The notes below the pieces were generated by a model that had not been told where the DNA came from, did no database searches, and saw nothing but the letters and a program-made list of their open reading frames with translations. Shown piece after piece: positions 24,400-31,940 of a DNA stretch of 32,000 nt. A program made the position numbers and the translations under genes. Numbering within the stretch: position 1 is the first letter of the stretch; every line of letters starts with the position of its first letter. The stretch is taken from contig NZ_CVPE01000006.1 of the NCBI RefSeq assembly GCF_001049895.1, forward strand, positions 672,503 to 704,502, written 5' to 3'. This DNA is from Rubeoparvulum massiliense. GTDB lineage: Bacteria > Bacillota > Bacilli > Rubeoparvulales > Rubeoparvulaceae.

Positions 24400-24506
24400 G
24401 GGATGTTGAAGCTACCAATGGAAAATAGTAATAATAGGAGAAAAGAGAATAGGAATTCGTTTCTTTGAACGTAGTGCCTTAGTTCTATCAAGACCATTCT
24501 TTTCAT
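24384..24506 (-). CDS. Short N-terminal ORF (40 aa from ATG 24506), probably the true 5' end of a frameshifted permease gene
   Basis: GAGGAG SD upstream of ATG 24506. MKRMVLIELRHYVQRNEFLFSFLLLLLFSIGSF resembles the cytoplasmic N-terminus plus TM1 of ABC-2 permeases. It terminates after 40 codons while the hydrophobic reading continues in another frame. Confidence 0.4.
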   Translation of the reverse strand: MKRMVLIELRHYVQRNEFLFSFLLLLLFSIGSFNIPCSTS

Positions 24507-24611
24507 GTCTCTCTCTTCTCCTCTGTATATTATTATCAAGTATTTTCTATATACAAACACTTTTAACAAACATAATCAAATATATGGAATTACTACTAGT
24601 TTTAGATAATT

Positions 24612-24643
24612 AGAACCCCCTCTTCCACTGAAAAGGGGGTTCT
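24612..24643 (-). terminator. Hairpin downstream of mrfB
   Basis: AGAACCCCC (24612-24620) pairs with GGGGGTTCT (24635-24643), about 25 nt after the mrfB stop at 24669. The U-tail on the - strand is weak. Confidence 0.5.
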
Positions 24644-24668
24644 CTTACCATTCCATTCATTTCTCTAC

Positions 24669-25961
24669 TTATTTCCTTGCATGGGTTCCCATCTTTTTTT
24701 CTAATCGTACCAAGCGTTTAATTAACTCTTCCTCTTGACGGACAGTTCGTGCTGTGGTAAGTGTTTGCTTCAATCTGCTGAGACCATCCCAGGTATAGGT
24801 GAAGGCACTGCCATAATCATTCTGCTGATGCTCATAATACTTGGCCAGTTCTACATAGGGCTCCAAGGTGAAAGGCCGATTCTCGTCGAGACATTCCTGC
24901 CATAGGGTAACCGCATTGGGCCAGTCAGCATTTCTCTTATAAAATCGAGCGAGGGTTAATCGGTGTGCCACCCAATCCTCAGCATTGTCTACTGTTAAAG
25001 AATGAGTATAATAGCGCTCGGCTTGCTGATTTTTCTTCCGATCCTCATGGATTCTCCCCAATGCCACCGACTCATACGGTGTTGGTAAGACATATGAACC
25101 AGCCCCCATCTCGTCGTGAGAGTTGGACTCCATTTGCAGTAGGGTATAGAGATGGTGGAACAAGGTGACAAGGGAAAGGATATCCCATTCATTATGCTGA
25201 AAGACTGGGAAAAGACCCGTACTATCTCCTTCATTGACAAACTTGAAGTAGCGCTCCGGTACCTCTCGTCCTGGAACATCATCATGACGTATGACACCTA
25301 ACTTATCCTCTTCAATCTGCGCTAAAGAGCAGTTGTCCAGCTCCTTACGCCAGAGACGGCGTGCCATATAGAGGAGATCCAGCTGACGAGGCTGCTCTGT
25401 TAGATGAATACGTTGATAGAGCAGCCGGGTCTGCAGTAGATTCCAATCGAAGGCTTTTCCATTAAAGGAGGTAACAACGGGAAAGGCTTGCAGTCGCTCC
25501 ACGAATGCGGTGAGAAAGGCATGCTCCCCCTCCCAATGAGGCAGGAACCATTGCTCGAACCGAAAGCCCTCCGCTGTAAAATAGCCGAAGCCTAGGAGAA
25601 AGATGAGCGTACCACTTCCTTGGGATAAGCCTGTGGTTTCTGTATCAAAGAAGAGCAACTGCTGAAGCCATGGTTTCTTCTCATCCACCACTTTGGGAAG
25701 AAACGGATAGATTGTAGCAATCTGCTGTAAATCGATGTCATAGGCTTGTGCCAGCTGCATCTTTCCATGCTGTGTATTCAAGGGATATAGATAAGAACGC
25801 CCTACAAAGCTGCCATCCTCTCCCTGGAAAAGCTGAAACTTTGCAGACGTGAACTCTGTCCCAAGCTTCAGCTCCTCCCGCTGTGTATTTCCTTGTTTAT
25901 GGGAAGGAGATGATGAGGGCTTTGGGACCATGCGTTGTAATCGTTCACGCAAATTCAACAC
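24669..25961 (-). CDS. mrfB: MrfB/YprB-like DEDD exonuclease with C-terminal TPR-like region
   Basis: 430 aa. The RNase-H-like/DnaQ exonuclease motif FFDTETTGL plus the later H-N-E-W-D (QHNEWDILS) motif are present. It lies 3 nt downstream of the helicase-DUF1998 gene, as in the B. subtilis yprA-yprB (mrfAB) pair. Confidence 0.8.
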   Translation of the reverse strand: MLNLRERLQRMVPKPSSSPSHKQGNTQREELKLGTEFTSAKFQLFQGEDGSFVGRSYLYPLNTQHGKMQLAQAYDIDLQQIATIYPFLPKVVDEKKPWLQQLLFFDTETTGLSQGSGTLIFLLGFGYFTAEGFRFEQWFLPHWEGEHAFLTAFVERLQAFPVVTSFNGKAFDWNLLQTRLLYQRIHLTEQPRQLDLLYMARRLWRKELDNCSLAQIEEDKLGVIRHDDVPGREVPERYFKFVNEGDSTGLFPVFQHNEWDILSLVTLFHHLYTLLQMESNSHDEMGAGSYVLPTPYESVALGRIHEDRKKNQQAERYYTHSLTVDNAEDWVAHRLTLARFYKRNADWPNAVTLWQECLDENRPFTLEPYVELAKYYEHQQNDYGSAFTYTWDGLSRLKQTLTTARTVRQEEELIKRLVRLEKKMGTHARK

Positions 25962-25964
25962 CCA

Positions 25965-28259
25965 TCATCCTTCCACCAAGCGTTTTAATAAATGAAGGGC
26001 ATCACCTTTACCTGTCAAGCCTGTTTCTTCAACAGGCCCTGTACAGGATGGGCAACCCTGGGAACAACCACAATCCTTAATCAACTGGATGGCATGCTGT
26101 AATAAGGCATGTTCTACCTGAAAAAGGTGCTCGCTTAAGCCCACACCACCGGGATAGCGATCGTAGAAAAAGATTGTGGGCAGTCCCGAATGAACGGCTT
26201 TTACCTGTGCTACCACACGGATATCCATGGGATCAGACATCACGTAGAGAGGGGCAATACTTTGTAAGAGATGGGCCACCCCCACCAGTGCCTGACGTAA
26301 GCGATCCTCAGACCACCCCAGTTCTTGCAGCTCCTCTGCCTTGAGAGCAATCCAATAGGAAGAGGTATGTATCTCCTGTTCTGGGAGATGGATGGGGCCA
26401 GAGCCGATATTCTCATGGGTATTAAATTTGATCTTTTTGAAGATGGTGGCCATGGCATTAACCGTCACATCACCATAATGACTGGCGTGAAAGGTATGAT
26501 CCTGCCCGGTGAACTCTTCCAATACCTTCAGCTGAACAGCAAGATTGGCATCGGTGTAATAATCCACATCCACCTGGCGAACATAGGCCTTCTTCTCTTC
26601 ATAATCTAGCTTCTCCACTTGATATTGCACACCTTCATGGAGGTAGATGGCCTCCTCATGTACTAAGGTGAGGGCACTAAAACGATCCACCTCGCCCAGA
26701 ACCTTGGTCTGCCCCGTGATGGTGATGTCAATAATCACTACATTCTCCTGGGCAGTGCTACGAAGGCTAATATTATGGGCTGGAAATGAGGAGTTGGACC
26801 AATAGTAGCGGGCGCCTGAATGATGAAGAATTCCTTCTTCTACTAAAAATTGTGCAACTTCATCCACAGGTAGCGTACCAAAGGATTCCCCTTCTTCAAA
26901 GGGGAGCTCATAGGCTGCACATTTTACATGATCGACGAGAATGATTAGATTGTCTGGATTGATCCGTGCCTGTTCAGGCGTCCCCTCTAGAAAGAAATCG
27001 GGGTGCTGAATCACAAATTGGTCCAAGGGATTGGAGCTGGCCACGAGAAAGACGATGGAGGTCTCCATGCGGCGGCCCGCCCTTCCTGCCTGCTGCCAGG
27101 TGCTGGCAATGGAACCAGGATAGCCGGTCAAGACACAGGCCTGTAGCTGACCAATATCGATCCCGAGCTCTAAGGCATTGGTGCTCACCACACCTTGAAT
27201 CTCTCCTGATCGTAAGCCACGCTCAATTTCTCGGCGGAGCTTGGGCAGATAGCCGCCACGATAGCCCCGGATCCGCTTGCTTCCAAGTTCCTTACTGGTC
27301 AGTGCCTGAAGGTAAGTAAGGAGCAGCTCCACCTGTACACGACTACGGGCGAACACAATGGTTTGGATCTCATTTTTCAAGAGTAGGGCTGCTAATTGCT
27401 GTGCTTCCAACAGGCTACTTCTTCGAATCCCCAATGTAGGGTTCACTACTGGTGGATTATAGAAGACAAAATGCTTCTCCCCACGTGGTGCCCCATTATC
27501 ATTGATGACTTGGACAGGTTCCTCGATTAAGCGTTCCACATGCTCCTGGGGATTGGCGATGGTGGCAGATGCGCAGATAATCTGGGGATCGGAGCCATAG
27601 TAGCGGGCGATCCTTTTTAAGCGACGCAGTACGTTGGCTACATGACTGCCAAAAACCCCACGATAGCTATGGACCTCATCGATCACAATATAATGAAGGT
27701 TTTCAAACATCTGAATCCACTTGGTATGATGGGGGAGGATGGCTGAATGGAGCATGTCGGGATTGGTGATAACGATATGCCCGCCCTTGCGAATCACCTG
27801 GCGAATATTGGGTGGTGTATCACCATCATAGGTATGAGTGCGAATATCCACACCCATCAGCTCGATCCAGGATTGTAATTCAGCTAATTGATCCTGGGCC
27901 AGCGCCTTGGTTGGAAAGAGATAGAGCGCCCTTGCATCAGGGTTCTTCAAGATCCCTTGCAAAACAGGCAGATTATAGCACATGGTCTTCCCTGAGGCGG
28001 TAGGGGTAACCGTTACCACATGCTTTCCTGCTAAGACTGCTGCAAAGGCTTGGGCCTGATGGGTATAGAGCTCATGGATTCCCCGTTCCTCCAGCGTTTT
28101 TCGGAGGAAGGGATGCAATTCATTGGGAAAAGGTACCGTGCGAGCAGGCTGTGCTGGTACGGTTAGCCAATGCGTCACTTGTTCCATTAACTCTGGGATC
28201 CCTTGAATTTTTGTAATCAATTCATCTAGATTTTCCGCTTTTCCTGTGAGACGATTCAT
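25965..28259 (-). CDS. mrfA: MrfA/YprA-like DEAD/DEAH-box helicase with C-terminal DUF1998 Cys cluster
   Basis: Helicase motifs TPTASGKT (I), VIDEVH (II), ASAT (III), QQAGRAGRR (VI). C-terminal four-Cys cluster CGCSQGCPSC. I prefer ATG 28259 (AGGGGGAG SD) to the track GTG 28265. Confidence 0.88.
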   Translation of the reverse strand: MNRLTGKAENLDELITKIQGIPELMEQVTHWLTVPAQPARTVPFPNELHPFLRKTLEERGIHELYTHQAQAFAAVLAGKHVVTVTPTASGKTMCYNLPVLQGILKNPDARALYLFPTKALAQDQLAELQSWIELMGVDIRTHTYDGDTPPNIRQVIRKGGHIVITNPDMLHSAILPHHTKWIQMFENLHYIVIDEVHSYRGVFGSHVANVLRRLKRIARYYGSDPQIICASATIANPQEHVERLIEEPVQVINDNGAPRGEKHFVFYNPPVVNPTLGIRRSSLLEAQQLAALLLKNEIQTIVFARSRVQVELLLTYLQALTSKELGSKRIRGYRGGYLPKLRREIERGLRSGEIQGVVSTNALELGIDIGQLQACVLTGYPGSIASTWQQAGRAGRRMETSIVFLVASSNPLDQFVIQHPDFFLEGTPEQARINPDNLIILVDHVKCAAYELPFEEGESFGTLPVDEVAQFLVEEGILHHSGARYYWSNSSFPAHNISLRSTAQENVVIIDITITGQTKVLGEVDRFSALTLVHEEAIYLHEGVQYQVEKLDYEEKKAYVRQVDVDYYTDANLAVQLKVLEEFTGQDHTFHASHYGDVTVNAMATIFKKIKFNTHENIGSGPIHLPEQEIHTSSYWIALKAEELQELGWSEDRLRQALVGVAHLLQSIAPLYVMSDPMDIRVVAQVKAVHSGLPTIFFYDRYPGGVGLSEHLFQVEHALLQHAIQLIKDCGCSQGCPSCTGPVEETGLTGKGDALHLLKRLVEG

Positions 28260-28266
28260 GCCCACT

Positions 28267-28310
28267 CCCCCTGGGGGTCAGTCCCCCACTACACTATCGC
28301 TTTAACGCAA
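28267..28310. repeat. G5-N5-C5 palindromic repeat, copy 1 (single arm plus core remnant)
   Basis: CCCCCTGGGGGTCAGTCCCCC (28267-28287), followed by ...CGCTTTAACGCAA (28298-28310), which resembles the core of the other copies. It lies directly upstream of the mrfA SD. Confidence 0.7.
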
Positions 28311-28362
28311 TAATGTAGGTAGAGTTGATCCCATTACTTGAGAACAGTTATTCGTATCTTTT

Positions 28363-28391
28363 ATTGTAGTGAATCTTCGCCATTTGATCAA
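28363..28391 (-). promoter_or_regulatory. Putative sigma-A promoter for mrfAB
   Basis: The reverse strand reads TTGATC (28386-28391)-17 nt-TACAAT (28363-28368). It is located between repeat copies 2 and 1. Confidence 0.45.
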
Positions 28392-28395
28392 TAAA

Positions 28396-28448
28396 GGGGG
28401 TCAGTCCCCCATTGCTTTAACACACTACCGCAACGGGGAACTGACCCC
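28396..28448. repeat. G5-N5-C5 palindromic repeat, copy 2 (inverted orientation relative to copies 3 and 4)
   Basis: GGGGGTCAGTCCCCC-attgctttaacacactaccgcaac-GGGGAACTGACCCC. The arms are complementary with one bulged A. The last base is shared with the dsrE-like stop codon. Confidence 0.85.
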
Positions 28449-28930
28449 TAGATAAATAGATTCACTTTGCCGTCTTCTGCATCTGCTAGATAAGCTGCTA
28501 CACCTGCAAACTCTAAGCCATCGATTAGTTCCTCTTCACGAATCCCCATCACATCCATGGACATGGTGCATGCCACCATCTTGATCTCTAAATCTCTGGC
28601 CATCTCCATCAATTGATTCAATGAAGCGATCTGTTTCTTCTTCATGACTGCTTTCATCATCCTAGCTCCTAAACCACCATAATTCATCTTGGACAAGCCT
28701 AGCTTTTCTGGACCGCGGGGCATCATTTTTTCGAACATTTTTTCAATCCAGGTTTTCTTCAGCTTCACCTGCTCTGGCTTCCGTAATAGATTGAGTCCCC
28801 AAAAGGTGAAAAACATGGTCACCTCTTTCCCCATGGCAGCAGCACCTGTACCAATGATGAAGCTGGCAATGGCCTTATCGAGATCGCCACTAAAAACAAC
28901 CAAGGTGGCCTTTTCGTTTGACGTATTCAA
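28448..28930 (-). CDS. DsrE/DsrF-like sulfur-relay family protein
   Basis: 160 aa. ATLVVFSGDLDKAIASFIIGTGAAAMG...VTMFFTFWG and the C-terminal MVACTMSMDVMG (conserved Cys) are typical of the DsrE-like proteins found in yrk/cst-type clusters. TTG start with AAGGGGAG SD. Confidence 0.8.
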   Translation of the reverse strand: MNTSNEKATLVVFSGDLDKAIASFIIGTGAAAMGKEVTMFFTFWGLNLLRKPEQVKLKKTWIEKMFEKMMPRGPEKLGLSKMNYGGLGARMMKAVMKKKQIASLNQLMEMARDLEIKMVACTMSMDVMGIREEELIDGLEFAGVAAYLADAEDGKVNLFI

Positions 28931-28948
28931 TCATCATCTCCCCTTAAT

Positions 28949-29007
28949 GGGGTCAGTCCCCCGCCGCGTTAGCGCGTTAAATTAACGGGGGACTGACCCC
29001 CCTATAG
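28949..29007. repeat. G5-N5-C5 palindromic repeat, copy 3
   Basis: GGGGTCAGTCCCCC-gccgcgttagcgcgttaaattaac-GGGGGACTGACCCCCCTATAG. The 14-nt arms are perfectly complementary. It lies between the tauE-like stop and the dsrE-like SD. Confidence 0.9.
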
Positions 29008-29778
29008 AATATCCCACCAAATCTTTATTGTGGTGGCGAGTATTAATGTAGCTAAGATGCCTTGTAATACGCTGGTTTTGGTGCGCTTGCTCGCCCAAGC
29101 TCCCAGTGGTGTTGCTAACACGCTGGCAATCACCATGATGACAGCAGGTAGAAAGAGCACCTGACCGGTAACAACCTTGCCAACGGTGGCTCCGATGGAG
29201 GAGAGAAAGGTGACTGCTAAGGATGTAGCAATGGTGACACGCATGGGAATTTTCAGTACAACCAGCATCACAGGAACTAAGAGAAAGGCACCACCTGCTC
29301 CAACCACCCCTGCTGCAGTTCCAATCATCAACGCTAATGTACTCGCTATCCCTTTAGAAAATTGCACTTGATCACCTGACTGATCCTCGCGCTCCTTACG
29401 CGGTAGCATCATCATAATGGCAGCCAGTGTAGCCATGATAGCATAGATGATATTGATCCCCCGCTCTGGCATAAATGTGGAGCCATACCCACCGATAAAG
29501 CTTCCAACGAGAATACTGATACCCATATAGATAATTAAACTGGTATTAAGATAACCACCCTTGCGATAGGCCCAGACACCAGTCAGCGCTGAAAAGAAGA
29601 CCTGTATTGCGGTAATCCCTGCTACTTCGTGGGGTGTAAATGCTAGTAATCCCAGCATGGGAGGAATGTAGAGAAGCATGGGGTACTTAATAATGGCTCC
29701 ACCAATACCTACCATTCCTGAGATAAATGAGCCGATAAATCCAATGAGAAAGATCGTTATAAAGAGTAAGGGTTCCAT
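29002..29778 (-). CDS. TauE/SafE family sulfite/organosulfur exporter (YrkJ-like)
   Basis: 258 aa with about 8 TM helices and the Gly-rich internal repeat typical of TauE/SafE (GMVGIGGAII ... AAGVVGAGGAFLLVP). AAGGAGAA SD. Confidence 0.85.
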   Translation of the reverse strand: MEPLLFITIFLIGFIGSFISGMVGIGGAIIKYPMLLYIPPMLGLLAFTPHEVAGITAIQVFFSALTGVWAYRKGGYLNTSLIIYMGISILVGSFIGGYGSTFMPERGINIIYAIMATLAAIMMMLPRKEREDQSGDQVQFSKGIASTLALMIGTAAGVVGAGGAFLLVPVMLVVLKIPMRVTIATSLAVTFLSSIGATVGKVVTGQVLFLPAVIMVIASVLATPLGAWASKRTKTSVLQGILATLILATTIKIWWDIL

Positions 29779-29795
29779 ATGGTTTCTCCTTATAT

Positions 29796-29859
29796 TATAG
29801 GGGGTCTGACCCCCTGTGCGTTAACGCGTTAAATTAGTGGGGGACTGACCCCCCTATAG
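29796..29859. repeat. G5-N5-C5 palindromic repeat, copy 4
   Basis: TATAGGGGGTCTGACCCCC-tgtgcgttaacgcgttaaattagt-GGGGGACTGACCCCCCTATAG. The last 42 nt match copy 3 at 39 positions. It has terminal TATAG/CTATA inverted ends. Confidence 0.9.
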
Positions 29860-30979
29860 CACAACGATTCGGGCCAATCTCCAGCTCAGCCAATCGCTCC
29901 TCATCCACATGCTCAAGAACACCACGATTAATGGACACAATCTCTGTAAAATTAGGTGGCTTTACATGACTAGCCGATTCCTCCACCCTCTCCAAGAACG
30001 TCTCCTTATCGGTATTGAACATCTCCTGATTCCGCTGACGAATGGATCCTAAAGCTGCGCCAATATAGCCCTGTTCATTCATCTCTTCCTGTAGATTGGC
30101 ATAATGGGCTGGTAAAACTAAAACATCATCAGCGATCTCTGCAACCTTGGTATAGACGGTATCATAGAGCTGTTCTGCCCATTCCTGCACCTGACCTCCT
30201 AAATCGGGACGACCCAAGCCACTGATAAATATGGTATCCCCTGAGAAAAGCAGCTTCTGATTCAAGAAAAAGGAGACACTACCTGGGGTATGACCAGGGG
30301 TCTTTAAGGCGATCACTTCTAGCTCCGCCTGTTGAAACTGAATCTGCTCATGCTGCTCCAAAGGTTCAAATGGAAGAACAGCCCCTTCACTCTTCATCAG
30401 ATAGTAGGTTGCGCCAGTAAGCTGGGCTAAGGCTGGACCGCCAGAGATATGGTCCGCATGAAGATGAGAATCTGCAATCCGCGTAATCTTCACATTAAGC
30501 CGCTCTGCTACATCCAGATAGAACTGTGTAAATCGAGAAGGGTCGATGATTAACATTTCGTCACCAGAGATAACGAGGTAAGATAAGCAGCCTTTTCCCA
30601 CACGGATCACTTGATAAACCACCACATGGCCATCTTCATATACTTTCTTTTCATACAACTGCTCACTCCACTGCTTCATCCCACCTGCTAAATAGAAGAG
30701 ATTTTTATAGCCAGCTTCTGTAAGCTGTTCTGCCACAAAGATTGAGCTGCCTTCCTTCGCACAGGCGACGAGGATGGGTCCGTCTTGCGGAAGCTTTCCT
30801 TCCAGCTGATCCACACCATCCAAAAGCTCAAAGTATGGAATATTGAGGGAAGTGAAATACTTTCCTTCAATTCGCCAATTCTCATATTCCTCACCATTGC
30901 GAACATCTAGAATAAAAAGTTGCTCACCATCGACCAACCGCTGTGTCACTTCCGCCGCTGTCATCGCATGAATACTCAT
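29834..30979 (-). CDS. Rhodanese-metallo-beta-lactamase fusion (persulfide dioxygenase-like, YrkH/CstB-like)
   Basis: N-terminal rhodanese-like domain (FILDVRNGEEYENWRIEG...VACAKEGSS), then an MBL fold with HLHADH (HxHxDH) and a later GHTPGS. GGAGGGG SD. The last 8 codons are repeat-derived. Confidence 0.85.
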   Translation of the reverse strand: MSIHAMTAAEVTQRLVDGEQLFILDVRNGEEYENWRIEGKYFTSLNIPYFELLDGVDQLEGKLPQDGPILVACAKEGSSIFVAEQLTEAGYKNLFYLAGGMKQWSEQLYEKKVYEDGHVVVYQVIRVGKGCLSYLVISGDEMLIIDPSRFTQFYLDVAERLNVKITRIADSHLHADHISGGPALAQLTGATYYLMKSEGAVLPFEPLEQHEQIQFQQAELEVIALKTPGHTPGSVSFFLNQKLLFSGDTIFISGLGRPDLGGQVQEWAEQLYDTVYTKVAEIADDVLVLPAHYANLQEEMNEQGYIGAALGSIRQRNQEMFNTDKETFLERVEESASHVKPPNFTEIVSINRGVLEHVDEERLAELEIGPNRCAIGGSVPH

Positions 30980-31010
30980 CCATACCCCTCCTTCGATTCT
31001 TGAAAAAATC

Positions 31011-31580
31011 TTATAGCCTTTCTACAGGCCCTTGCCATTGGGACATTCCTGGAATTACATTCTTCACCTTGGTAATGCCCTTTTCTTGGAGAAGCTGACA
31101 AGCATAGTCGCTACGATTGCCTGTTCGGCAGATGAGATAATATTCTTCATCCTTGGAAAATTGATTTAGATTATCTTCTAATTGGTGATAAGGAATTAAA
31201 AAGGCACCCGGAATATGGCCAAAAGCAAACTCCGCAGGCTCACGGACATCGATGATCTTGATGTTTGCGTTTTCATTGAGCTTCTGTAGAAGTTCATCAT
31301 TATGAATTACTTGGGTGAACGTTGTCTCTTCCTTACGTTCATTGAGATTTGCCTTGCGAAGATAATGTTTTAACACACCATCCTCATCTAAACTCCCGAG
31401 ATAATGGTGACCTGTGGTCTTAGCAAAACCTTGAATATCTGCCAATGATCCTCGGTCAGTTGCTTGCACCTCTAATACCTGGCCTGCTTCCAACCCTTCC
31501 AATGCTTTTTTCGTCTTTACAATTGGCATTGGACATGATAAACCCTTGGCATCCACAATCTGATCCACAACAATGCTCAT
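31011..31580 (-). CDS. TusA/SirA-rhodanese fusion sulfurtransferase (YrkF/CstA-like)
   Basis: The N-terminal TusA motif DAKGLSCPMPIVKTKKAL (CPxP) and a C-terminal rhodanese with the active-site loop CRTGNRS are present. GGAGG SD 9 nt upstream. Confidence 0.88.
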   Translation of the reverse strand: MSIVVDQIVDAKGLSCPMPIVKTKKALEGLEAGQVLEVQATDRGSLADIQGFAKTTGHHYLGSLDEDGVLKHYLRKANLNERKEETTFTQVIHNDELLQKLNENANIKIIDVREPAEFAFGHIPGAFLIPYHQLEDNLNQFSKDEEYYLICRTGNRSDYACQLLQEKGITKVKNVIPGMSQWQGPVERL

Positions 31581-31604
31581 CCCAATATTCCTCCATTTCT
31601 AATA

Positions 31605-31618
31605 TACCCATAGGGGTA
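31605..31618. promoter_or_regulatory. CsoR/CstR-type operator (TACCC-N3-GGGGTA)
   Basis: TACCCATAGGGGTA is a GC-tract pseudo-palindrome flanked by A/T. It lies between the -10 box and the SD of the TusA-Rhd gene. This architecture matches known CsoR-family operators upstream of cst/yrk-type operons. Confidence 0.55.
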
Positions 31619-31633
31619 ATCGTGTTAATTTGG

Positions 31634-31662
31634 ATTATATTCGCTCACTTTCCAAATGTCAA
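31634..31662 (-). promoter_or_regulatory. Consensus sigma-A promoter of the sulfur-transfer operon
   Basis: The reverse strand reads TTGACA (31657-31662)-17 nt-TATAAT (31634-31639). Both hexamers are perfect. Confidence 0.7.
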
Positions 31663-31820
31663 CTATTATAGATTATGGCTATTCATGTAATTTGAACCTT
31701 CTTTTCCTATCTGAAGAACTGCACCTTCTTCATTGGTTAGGAACATTTACCTAGATCATGAGCTTCGTCACAGCAGGGTTGGAGATGAGGGTTAACGACC
31801 ACATGTGAACAATAAAAAAA

Positions 31821-31845
31821 GCAGGAGAATAATATATTCTCCTGC
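31821..31845 (-). terminator. Rho-independent terminator of an upstream - strand gene
   Basis: GCAGGAGAATA pairs with TATTCTCCTGC (31821-31845). The A7 run at 31814-31820 gives a U-tail on the - strand. Confidence 0.75.
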
Positions 31846-31940
31846 CTAACGATGAGTTGATCAAAGAGCTGACTGTTCTATGGATCCGTAAATCAATCCA
31901 TTCAATCATCAATTTAACTTTCTATAAGACTGAACTCCTA

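Noticed and set aside
24669-28265. The helicase+DUF1998 gene plus nuclease pair might be a DISARM-like or other phage-defence module.
   Set aside because: The helicase and DUF1998 are fused in one protein and followed by a DEDD exonuclease with a TPR-like tail. This is exactly the conserved housekeeping yprA-yprB (mrfAB) arrangement. There is no methyltransferase, PLD nuclease or other defence partner nearby.
28267-29859. The four G/C-rich repeats might be a CRISPR array.
   Set aside because: The intervals between copies are whole protein-coding genes of unequal length (about 480-790 bp). The repeats are internally palindromic with a variable core. One copy is inverted and one is a half copy. 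No cas genes are present. This pattern fits REP/MITE-like elements, not CRISPR.
28267-29859. The G5-N5-C5 arms might be CsoR/CstR operators of the sulfur operon.
   Set aside because: Known CsoR-family operators have the opposite polarity (C-tract, then a short spacer, then G-tract, flanked by TA/AT), like the site I do call at 31605-31618. The repeats also sit at gene 3' ends rather than at promoters.
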